Positions 1-9,315 of a DNA stretch of 38,227 bases are shown piece by piece (within the stretch, counting starts at the first letter, position 1; each line of letters starts with the position of its first letter). The stretch is taken from contig DHQH01000079.1 in NCBI GenBank assembly GCA_002410125.1, positions 400-38,626 on the forward strand, written 5' to 3'. This stretch comes from Alphaproteobacteria bacterium UBA5343. Its GTDB lineage: Bacteria; Pseudomonadota; Alphaproteobacteria; RF32; UBA5343. The notes under the pieces were generated by a model, which had not been told where the DNA came from, made no database searches, and was given only the letters and a program-made list of their open reading frames with translations. Position numbers and translations under genes: made by a program.

Positions 1-13
1 CCCAACAAGTTGG

Positions 14-180
14 GTCTGATGGATTTTGTGCGAATAGAAGTTTTACTCATATTTTGGTTTATTATATGAGGTAGGTAATAAGAATTCAGAAATTTTGCGA
101 CTGATTTTACATAAGTTAGTAAATGACGGGAGCAAAATATTCACAAATTCTGTATTAAATACCCATAGAATAAATTAAAA
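14..180. repeat. Dispersed intergenic element, copy 1 (core module 14-57 plus second module 59-180), directly after the gyrB stop
   Basis: 28-mer core gtctgatggattttgtgcgaatagaagt (14-41) recurs at 27983-28010 and 38138-38165. Second module (ttattatatgag ... gaaattttgcgaNtgatttta ... taaatgacNNgagcaaaatattc ... ccatagaataa) aligns with 15019-15133. Internal inverted repeat attttgc/gcaaaat. No conserved ORF. Confidence 0.75.
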
Positions 181-181
181 A

Positions 182-2611
<2,430 letters not shown>

Positions 2612-2622
2612 TTACTATTATT

Positions 2623-3885
2623 CTAAAAATTTACTTCATTTATTTTTGAGTTTTCTACATTTAAAAACTGGGCTTTATTTTTTAAATATTCAAATTGTGA
2701 AATATCAGTACCAGTCATAAAAGCCTGAACCCTTAAATCATATAATTTATCAAATAAAGCATTTAACTTTATATTATCTAAATGAGCAGCAATCTCATCT
2801 AATAATAAAACTACAGAATAGCCTCTATCCAAACTAATAGATTTTGCATGGGCTAATATAATTGAAATTAAAAGTGCCTTTTGTTCACCTGTCGAACAAA
2901 GTTCAGCATCCATATTTTTCTTTTTATACCTAACCCTAAAGTCACTTTTGTTAATTCCATCAATGCTTGCCATTTTTTTGAACTGCATATTTTTTCTATT
3001 ATGTTTCAAATAGTTCTTAAATTCTTCTTCCACATCAACAGCTGCAAGTCTTAATAATTGCGATTCGATATAACCATTTAATTCAATCACCACATTTGGA
3101 AAATATTCATCATCTTCCATCTCAATAAAACGGTTTAATCTATTCACCATTTCGATTCGAGCAGCTCCAACCGCAACTCCAAATTCTGCCATTTGTTCTT
3201 CTAGTGAAGAAAGCCAACTATCATCTAAATTACCCTCACTAGTTAACATTACCCATTGCTTATAAGCATGTTCATAATTAGCAATTCTTTTTGAGTGTAG
3301 AGCATCAAAAGCACTCACCAATCGATCTAAGAAATTTCTCCTTGCTTGAGTGCCACTAGAGCGAAACAGTTTATCCATTTGTGGAGTTAACCAAACCAGC
3401 GACATATAATTATCTAAATCAGATTGGTTACTAACTTTTTCACCATTAATTTTCACGATTCTCTTATCATAAACTCTATTTTGATATTCTTGATTGGCTT
3501 CAATTCCTGTACCAATTGTAACTTCATCACCTTGCTTTAATATTTTGGCATTAACAATCCATTTATAAGGATTCGCAAAATCAATAATATTATTACTATA
3601 CTCATCCATCTCACTATCATTAGCAGTCTTCCTAGCTACATCAGATAGTTTTGCTGATCTAAGTCCTCGCCCCGCGATTAAATAAGAAATCGCCTCTAAA
3701 ACATTAGTCTTTCCACTGCCATTTTCACCAGTTAAAACAACCAAACCTTGATTCGTTTTTAGATGCAAACTTTCATAATTTCTAAAGTTAGTCAGATTAA
3801 GCTCAGATATACCAATCTCATCCACTTCTAAAAGAGAAGAAGATTGGTCAAGATTCATCGCATTATTAAGCTGACTTGCTAACAT
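2623..3885 (-). CDS. recF: DNA replication/repair protein RecF
   Basis: 420 aa. Walker A GENGSGKTNVLEAI, signature STGEQKALLISIILA, Walker B VVLLLDE. Lies between dnaN and gyrB. N-terminal extension leaves the start (M1 or M10) uncertain. Confidence 0.9.
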   Translation of the reverse strand: MLASQLNNAMNLDQSSSLLEVDEIGISELNLTNFRNYESLHLKTNQGLVVLTGENGSGKTNVLEAISYLIAGRGLRSAKLSDVARKTANDSEMDEYSNNIIDFANPYKWIVNAKILKQGDEVTIGTGIEANQEYQNRVYDKRIVKINGEKVSNQSDLDNYMSLVWLTPQMDKLFRSSGTQARRNFLDRLVSAFDALHSKRIANYEHAYKQWVMLTSEGNLDDSWLSSLEEQMAEFGVAVGAARIEMVNRLNRFIEMEDDEYFPNVVIELNGYIESQLLRLAAVDVEEEFKNYLKHNRKNMQFKKMASIDGINKSDFRVRYKKKNMDAELCSTGEQKALLISIILAHAKSISLDRGYSVVLLLDEIAAHLDNIKLNALFDKLYDLRVQAFMTGTDISQFEYLKNKAQFLNVENSKINEVNF

Positions 3886-3916
3886 AAAAAGACCTATAGT
3901 AATTTAATTGTAAAAT

Positions 3917-5032
3917 TTACACTCTCATTGGCATAAGAACATAAGTAGCTGTTGCATCATCTTCGTCTTTAATAATGGTTGGAGATGCAGAATCAGCAAG
4001 AAGCAATTTAACACTCTCACCTTTAATTTCAGCTAAAATATCAAGTAGATATCTAAAATTAAAGCCGATCTCAATCACATTACCTTCATAATTCGCTTCA
4101 ACTTCTTCCATAGCACTACCAGCCTCAACACTAGAAGCTGTAATTGTGATTAGATTGTTAGAAACTGCAAATTTAATACCACGAGATCTCTCAGAAACGA
4201 TACTAACCCTTTCAACAGCTTGTTTAAGAGTAGAAACTTCAACTTCTAACACTTTGTCATTATCTTTTGGAATAACTCTTTCATAATCAGGATATGTGCC
4301 ATCGATTAATTTTGTAGAAAGAACTACATTTTCGAACTTAAACCTAACTTTTGATTCTGACATAGAAATTAAAACATCTTCTTCCGTTTCATCTGCTAAT
4401 TTTCTAATTTCATTTACAGCTTTTCTAGGAATGATAATACCAGCTAAATTTTCAGCCCCTTCAGGAAGTAAATACTCAACAGTAGCTAGTCTATGTCCGT
4501 CAGTTGCTGCGGCTTTAAGCGAAGAAATTTCACCATTATCTTTTTTATGAACATAAATACCATTTAGATAATACCTAGTTTCTTCTGTAGAAACAGCAAA
4601 TCTAGTTCTATCAATCATATCTCTTAGTTCTTCAGCTTTTAATTTGAAGTTGGTAGGAAGAGATTCGCCTGTTAACTGAGGGAAATCTGCCACATCAATA
4701 CATGCTAAAGAGAATTTAGAACGACCAGCTGCAATTGTAAGATGCCCTTTGTTATCTGGGTAGCTAAGTTCAACTTGTGTGCCGTCAGGAAGTTTTCTAG
4801 CAATGTCATATAATGTATGAGCAGGAACAGTAGTCGCACCATTTGTTTCAACATCAACATCAATTGATTCGATGATTTCCATATCCATATCAGTCGCATT
4901 TAGACTAAGTTTATTATCTTTTGCTTCTAATTTCACATTTGATAAAACAGGGATAGTATTTCTTTTTTCAACAACACTTTGTACATGTGCTAATGATTTT
5001 AATAACGATGCTCTTTCAATTGTAATTTTCAT
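3917..5032 (-). CDS. dnaN: DNA polymerase III beta sliding clamp
   Basis: 371 aa. Typical clamp N-terminus MKITIERASLLKSL..VVEKRNTIPVLSNV and C-terminus YVLMPMRV. Three-domain length. Confidence 0.95.
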   Translation of the reverse strand: MKITIERASLLKSLAHVQSVVEKRNTIPVLSNVKLEAKDNKLSLNATDMDMEIIESIDVDVETNGATTVPAHTLYDIARKLPDGTQVELSYPDNKGHLTIAAGRSKFSLACIDVADFPQLTGESLPTNFKLKAEELRDMIDRTRFAVSTEETRYYLNGIYVHKKDNGEISSLKAAATDGHRLATVEYLLPEGAENLAGIIIPRKAVNEIRKLADETEEDVLISMSESKVRFKFENVVLSTKLIDGTYPDYERVIPKDNDKVLEVEVSTLKQAVERVSIVSERSRGIKFAVSNNLITITASSVEAGSAMEEVEANYEGNVIEIGFNFRYLLDILAEIKGESVKLLLADSASPTIIKDEDDATATYVLMPMRV

Positions 5033-5127
5033 CTCTTTTTCTCTTCATTTATAGTTAAAATTTATATTACATTTACTATAACAGCAATAGTGATGAAACC
5101 AAAGCAAAATATAAGATTTGAGACTAG

Positions 5128-5136
5128 TTTTCCACA
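5128..5136. promoter_or_regulatory. Single DnaA-box-like 9-mer TTTTCCACA upstream of dnaN
   Basis: One mismatch to consensus TTATCCACA. Sits between the upstream terminator and the dnaN start. Only one such site, so chance is possible. Confidence 0.25.
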
Positions 5137-5163
5137 ATAAAAAACAGCCCCTAAAAGGAGCTG
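5137..5163 (-). terminator. Intrinsic terminator after the YdcF-like gene
   Basis: Minus-strand RNA cagctcct-ttt-aggggctg (8 bp including one G-U) followed by ttttttat. Lies 16 nt after the stop at 5179. Confidence 0.7.
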
Positions 5164-5178
5164 TTTTTATTAAGTTTT

Positions 5179-6087
5179 TTAATCTATGTCTGGTCCTTTG
5201 TTAATGCTTCTGATTTTTGAAATAGATAATAGTCTCTTTTTTACATTTTCTTCATCGATATCCGCAAATAATTCTTTTCTTAATTTTGCAGCCTCAATAT
5301 TAGATCTACTTTCTAGATTAGATTTGTTTCGCTTCAATTCTTTATACATGCTCCAAAACTGAGGAAGGTTAGATACAATGCTTCTTGTCGTTTTTATATT
5401 ATAGTTTGGAGCTAGATGTGCAGCAGCATCTCTCAATTCTTCTGTATCTTGCTCTTTGGGTATCGGAGCTTGATATTTGCCAGCATATTTTATATTAGCT
5501 TCATATAGCTGACATAATTCATTTAACAAAGCAGCACCATTACCAAGATTTTTGCCATTATATTTTCTATCTAAAACATCTTGAAATGTCTCATCTACCA
5601 CAAAGTAATTAGCTTTTAAATCTTTAGCCTGAAAATCTTTGGTTAATTTAACTCTCGAAGATAATCTCTTTGTTGAGCAGAAAAGCACATTAGCATCCTT
5701 GTCTTTTGACATCACATAGTCATTAACTGCCATAATGTTATCGCCATTATTTTTGCCTTTATCAAGGACAACAACTTCTTTTAATAATTCTTCAGGAATA
5801 GTTTTTTCAGCAAAATTAGCTAAGTTTTGACCTTCAGTGCATTTCATGGTCCATTTGCTAAGCATTCCTTTACCACCCACACATAATAACACAGGAGGTT
5901 CTTGGCCTTCATCATGCATTTTTCTAATGGCTCTTGCAGCTTGAAATAACGATGTGATGTCGTCATCAATAGCTACGACATATTTAACTGGTTTTAAGTT
6001 TCCATCTTCTTTAAAACAATCACTCTTAACGGCTAGTGTTTCATGTATTATTTCGCCAGCTTTCTTATCTTGTTCTGTTACTTTCAT
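5179..6087 (-). CDS. YdcF/DUF218-like protein with C-terminal extension
   Basis: 302 aa. Hand alignment to E. coli YdcF: AARAIRKMHDEGQEPPVLLCVGGKG ~ AACKIARDQQIPLLISGGIG; DKGKNNGDNIMAV ~ DQSTNCGENARFS; VLFCSTKRLSSRV ~ AIVVQDPTMQRRT. SD ggag 5 nt before the ATG. Confidence 0.5.
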   Translation of the reverse strand: MKVTEQDKKAGEIIHETLAVKSDCFKEDGNLKPVKYVVAIDDDITSLFQAARAIRKMHDEGQEPPVLLCVGGKGMLSKWTMKCTEGQNLANFAEKTIPEELLKEVVVLDKGKNNGDNIMAVNDYVMSKDKDANVLFCSTKRLSSRVKLTKDFQAKDLKANYFVVDETFQDVLDRKYNGKNLGNGAALLNELCQLYEANIKYAGKYQAPIPKEQDTEELRDAAAHLAPNYNIKTTRSIVSNLPQFWSMYKELKRNKSNLESRSNIEAAKLRKELFADIDEENVKKRLLSISKIRSINKGPDID

Positions 6088-6158
6088 ATATACTCCAAAA
6101 TTACATTTTACATAACCATATCACAAAATTAGACTCAAAACAAGTTTTTAGACGAAAT

Positions 6159-7043
6159 TTATTTTTTAGGGTCGTTGCTATTCTTTTTTATAATGATTAA
6201 CGATAATCCCATAGCGGTTATAAGCCCCCCAACAATCATCTGCCAAACAATTTTTTCATTAAATAAAATCACCCCGCCAATAATTCCAAAAATTGGTTGT
6301 AACAGGGTTACAGGAACTATCTTATTAACTTTATTTTTAGCCAACAATCTTTGCCATGCCATCATTGCAAAACTACAAATGATTATTTGATAAAATAATA
6401 CAAAGTTAATTTCATGCCAGTTCACTCCAATTAAATTATCACTCATTGATCCATCAAAAAATAATGATAAGACAAATAAAAATGGTGCTGAAAATAGGGT
6501 GGTATATGCAGTAAAGGCATATAGATTTATATCTTTCAACTGTTTCATATATAGACTACCAACAGCCCAAGCAAGGCTTCCTAATATTGCTAAGCTAAAG
6601 CCTAATACATTAATGCTTGGAATACCAAAAATTATAACCATTCCAGTAAATGCTAATATCAATCCTGCTAAATCTTTTATCTTAAAACTTTCTTTAAGAA
6701 TAAGCACGCCTAATAATACTGCCATTGGTACTTGTGATTGCTGAATAAGTGCAAGATTTGATGCCTCTAAAAACTTCATAGATGAAAATACAAAACCATA
6801 ATGAAACACATTCATTAAAATGGCTGTTATAAATAATTTTTTCAAATCACCTTTTTTTAGTTTTGCAAAAGGAAGAAATAATAATCCTGTAATTGCAAAT
6901 CTTATAACCAGAAATGTTATAGCAGGTATTTGCATAACAGCTATCTTGCCAACAGCTGCATTTGCTCCCCATACTGCAACAACACTAAGAGCTAAAATAA
7001 AATGCGATATTTTAATTGTTTTTACTCCTATTACAAACAACAA
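6159..7043 (-). CDS. EamA/DMT-family permease
   Basis: 294 aa, about ten hydrophobic helices in two EamA-like halves. Start uncertain: only TTG codons (7043, 7040), and these lie in the U-tail of the dnaA terminator. An AGGAG at 7029-7025 precedes only ATT/ATA codons. Confidence 0.7.
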   Translation of the reverse strand: MLFVIGVKTIKISHFILALSVVAVWGANAAVGKIAVMQIPAITFLVIRFAITGLLFLPFAKLKKGDLKKLFITAILMNVFHYGFVFSSMKFLEASNLALIQQSQVPMAVLLGVLILKESFKIKDLAGLILAFTGMVIIFGIPSINVLGFSLAILGSLAWAVGSLYMKQLKDINLYAFTAYTTLFSAPFLFVLSLFFDGSMSDNLIGVNWHEINFVLFYQIIICSFAMMAWQRLLAKNKVNKIVPVTLLQPIFGIIGGVILFNEKIVWQMIVGGLITAMGLSLIIIKKNSNDPKK

Positions 7044-7069
7044 AAGAGGCTGTTATAATACAGCCTCTT
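7032..7069 (-). terminator. Intrinsic terminator after dnaA
   Basis: Minus-strand aagaggctgt-attata-acagcctctt (10 bp perfect) followed by ttgttgtttg. Begins 23 nt after the dnaA stop. Confidence 0.7.
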
Positions 7070-7091
7070 ATTAATTTCTTCCTTTTTCTTT

Positions 7092-8516
7092 CTAGCTTTC
7101 TAACATTCTTCTTAAAATTTCAACATTTTCTTGAATGTTCACATCTTTAGAAATTAATTCTTCAACTTTTCTAACTGCATGCATAACAGTTGTATGATCT
7201 CTGTCAAATTTTCTACCAATTTCAGGTAAAGAACGAGAAGTTAATTGCTTAGCTAAATACATTGCAATTTGTCTTGGTCTTGCAACAGATCTTGCTCTTC
7301 TTGCAGATTGCATCTCTTTTACAGAAATATTGAAATGCTCTGCAACTTTCTTTTGAATTTCATCAATAGTGGTTCTTCTGTCATAAGAGCGAAGCATGTC
7401 TTTTAGCACATCTTGTGTCATTTCTAATGTGATATCTTTGCCAATTAGTAATTGCGAGTGAGCAGCAACTCTTCTCAATGCACCTTCAAGCTCTCTAATG
7501 TTAGAGGTAATTTTATGAGCCAAGAACTCAATTACTTTTTCTGGAACTTCAACTCCAAGATTTTCAGCTTTAGATTTTAAGATGCCAACTCTTAAATCAA
7601 AATCAGTAGCATGAATATCAGCAACCAAGCCACAGCCAAGTCTAGATTTAAGTCTAGATTCGATTCCTTCTAAATCAGTGGGAGACTTGTCTGCAGAAAT
7701 AATGATTTGTCTGCCTTCTTCAATTAAAGAATTAAATGTGTAGAAAAATTCTTCTTGAGTAGCATCTTTACCGCTGATGAATTGAACATCATCCACCATT
7801 AAAACATCAACAGAACGGAATTGTTCTTTAAATGCCATAGAGTCTTTATATCTCAATGCTCTAACAAATTTATACATAAATTTCTCAGCTGATAAATAAA
7901 CTACATTTCTTGTTGGGTCATTTTGTCTGATATGCCACGCAATAGCATGCATTAAGTGAGTTTTACCAAGTCCAACACCAGAATATAAAAATAATGGGTT
8001 AAATGATACATTAGATGATTCGGCAACTTTTCTGGCAGCAGCATATGCAAATTCATTTGTTTTACCATGTACAAAATTATCAAATGTATAATTTGGATTA
8101 AGAGGAGCTGAAATTGGTTGTCTTCTGCTATCTGTATCTGAAATCCATTCCGTAGATATATTGGATACACTATTTTCAGTAAAGCCAACAGGGGCAGGGG
8201 CAGGGGTTGTTTTAATTTGTTTGATTAATGATTTATCTTTGTTGTGATTTTGAACAGTCTGAACACTAAAGCTCACATTTACAATATTTGGATTTTTCTT
8301 TCCGCAGATTTTTTTAATTCTATCAGAATAATGTGTAGATACCCAGTTCTTCATAAATCTTGTTGGAACATTAATATTAAGAGTGCCATTATCAATGGAA
8401 CTAGGTGTTAAAGGTTTTAACCAACTCTCAAAAGCAGTCTCACCAACTTCAGTTTTAAGTTGATTGCATACTTGTGGCCATTCTTGCATAACCGCTGTGT
8501 TATAATCTTCAGACAT
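7092..8516 (-). CDS. dnaA: Chromosomal replication initiator DnaA
   Basis: 474 aa. AAA+ Walker A GVGLGKTHLMHA, Walker B LMVDDVQF, C-terminal DNA-binding domain (IAMYLAKQLT..SLPEIGRKFDRDHTTVMHA). SD ggggagag before the ATG. Confidence 0.97.
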   Translation of the reverse strand: MSEDYNTAVMQEWPQVCNQLKTEVGETAFESWLKPLTPSSIDNGTLNINVPTRFMKNWVSTHYSDRIKKICGKKNPNIVNVSFSVQTVQNHNKDKSLIKQIKTTPAPAPVGFTENSVSNISTEWISDTDSRRQPISAPLNPNYTFDNFVHGKTNEFAYAAARKVAESSNVSFNPLFLYSGVGLGKTHLMHAIAWHIRQNDPTRNVVYLSAEKFMYKFVRALRYKDSMAFKEQFRSVDVLMVDDVQFISGKDATQEEFFYTFNSLIEEGRQIIISADKSPTDLEGIESRLKSRLGCGLVADIHATDFDLRVGILKSKAENLGVEVPEKVIEFLAHKITSNIRELEGALRRVAAHSQLLIGKDITLEMTQDVLKDMLRSYDRRTTIDEIQKKVAEHFNISVKEMQSARRARSVARPRQIAMYLAKQLTSRSLPEIGRKFDRDHTTVMHAVRKVEELISKDVNIQENVEILRRMLES

Positions 8517-8533
8517 ATTCTCTCCCCAAATTT

Positions 8534-8602
8534 TTAAGAAACTTTATAAATTGGCTTCTTTTTATTATTAACAAAATTAAAATTAGGTTTAGGGTCTTTC
8601 AT
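8534..8602 (-). CDS. Candidate 22-codon upstream ORF (MKDPKPNFNFVNNKKKPIYKVS) ending 17 nt before the dnaA ATG
   Basis: ATG preceded by AAGGAGttggaga. This is nearly the same RBS string as the ylxR-like gene (AAGGAGttgggagaa-ATG). No homology evidence, and short ORFs arise easily in AT-rich DNA. Confidence 0.2.
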   Translation of the reverse strand: MKDPKPNFNFVNNKKKPIYKVS

Positions 8603-8787
8603 TCTCCAACTCCTTAAATTCTTTAAGGGGAACTTGATCAAAACATTCTATTTTGCTCGTTCCAAAAAAAAGTATTTAACGTGAAATCGATTCTAAAATC
8701 ATTATCAAATACAAAAAAAATAAGTAAAACTTCATAATATTAGAACTTAACATTTTATAGAGTTAGAGTGTCCTTAAAATATTCAAA

Positions 8788-8802
8788 TTAACTCTTTATT
8801 AA
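8788..8802. promoter_or_regulatory. TTAA-N7-TTAA (CtrA-type) box 1
   Basis: ttaa ctcttta ttaa read directly from the sequence. AT-rich context makes a chance match plausible. Confidence 0.2.
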
Positions 8803-8836
8803 GTTGTTAAAATAAAGTGAGAAAGGGGGCTTAGGT

Positions 8837-8851
8837 TTAATTATAAATTAA
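8837..8851. promoter_or_regulatory. TTAA-N7-TTAA (CtrA-type) box 2
   Basis: ttaa ttataaa ttaa, 35 nt from box 1 in the same spacer. Confidence 0.2.
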
Positions 8852-8910
8852 ACTTAAATCATAGTGATTTATAAAAATCATTTCTATTTTTTGCGATGAT
8901 TCTATCGCTT

Positions 8911-8937
8911 TTGCTCTAAAGAAAGTTTCTGTATAAT
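8911..8937 (+). promoter_or_regulatory. Plus-strand promoter-like element facing the repeat array
   Basis: Perfect TATAAT at 8932-8937 preceded by TG. TTGCTC at 8911-8916 gives a short 15-nt spacer. Confidence 0.2.
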
Positions 8938-8979
8938 TAAAGTAATTTTACTTTTACCTCAGAGTAACTTTTTCTCTCC

Positions 8980-9004
8980 TTAATTCTGAGCGACTTTCTC
9001 TCTC
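8980..9004. repeat. Perfect 25-nt direct repeat, copy a (ttaattctgagcgactttctctctc)
   Basis: Identical to 9088-9112. Offset 108 nt. Confidence 0.95.
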
Positions 9005-9087
9005 TAATTTAGAGAAACTTTCCCTCCTTTATGGCAATCTTCTCTTTTATTCAGATTGATTGCCTCATTTGGAGGATTTTTCTCCCT

Positions 9088-9112
9088 TTAATTCTGAGCG
9101 ACTTTCTCTCTC
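9088..9112. repeat. Perfect 25-nt direct repeat, copy b
   Basis: Identical to 8980-9004. Confidence 0.95.
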
Positions 9113-9137
9113 ATTCATTGCTAGAAATACTATTCTC

Positions 9138-9181
9138 AAAAAAAATAAATTACAATGGTCTAAAACCAGAACATTGCAATT
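9138..9181 (-). terminator. Second strong terminator-like hairpin about 100 nt downstream of the rpsT terminator
   Basis: Minus-strand aattgcaatg-14 nt loop-cattgtaatt (10 bp, one G-U) followed by tatttttttt. Confidence 0.55.
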
Positions 9182-9250
9182 AAATTTCTTGACATAATAA
9201 AATACTAGTCTGTAGTACGAGTCTTTACGAGTGATAAAATCTTTTAAAAT

Positions 9251-9285
9251 CAAAAAGAACCGTATTTATATTTAAATACAGTTCT
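9251..9285 (-). terminator. Intrinsic terminator after rpsT
   Basis: 13-bp AT-rich stem (agaactgtattta / taaatacggttct, one G-U on the minus strand) followed by tttttg. Lies 31 nt after the rpsT stop. Confidence 0.65.
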
Positions 9286-9315
9286 TTATATAGCTTTTAA
9301 TATTTTATATTAAGA

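Larger units (their letters stand above)
8957..9112. repeat. Degenerate 24-nt-period repeat array (polypyrimidine on plus strand, GGAG/GAGG-rich on minus strand)
   Basis: Units: cctcagagtaactttttctctcct (8957-8980), taattctgagcgactttctctctc (8981-9004), taatttagagaaactttccctcct (9005-9028). A diverged 59 nt follows, with hairpin ggcaatc/gattgcc (9033-9064), then taattctgagcgactttctctctc (9089-9112). Confidence 0.8.

Noticed and set aside
1-57. Small peptide genes inside the dispersed element (for example minus-strand ATG at 50: MSKTSIRTKSIRPNLL..., and a 41-codon ORF starting at about 38198)
   Set aside because: The shared core is read in different frames in different copies, there is no SD, and stops differ. 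The conservation is at nucleotide or structure level, not protein level.
8980-9112. CRISPR-like array from the 25-nt perfect repeats
   Set aside because: There are only two exact copies. The intervening sequence is itself made of degenerate copies of the same unit rather than unique spacers. Spacing is irregular and there are no cas genes in the window.
9065-9253. 62-aa ORF in the rpsT-dnaA spacer (six-frame track)
   Set aside because: It runs through the repeat array and both terminator hairpins, has no SD, and has low-complexity composition. Most likely a chance ORF.
8517-9315. dnaA-adjacent replication origin (oriC)
   Set aside because: I could not find any 9-mer within one mismatch of TTATCCACA on either strand, and there is no obvious 13-mer-type DUE repeat. 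The tctcccca next to dnaA is its Shine-Dalgarno read on the other strand. Kept only as an open question that needs GC-skew or marker-frequency data.
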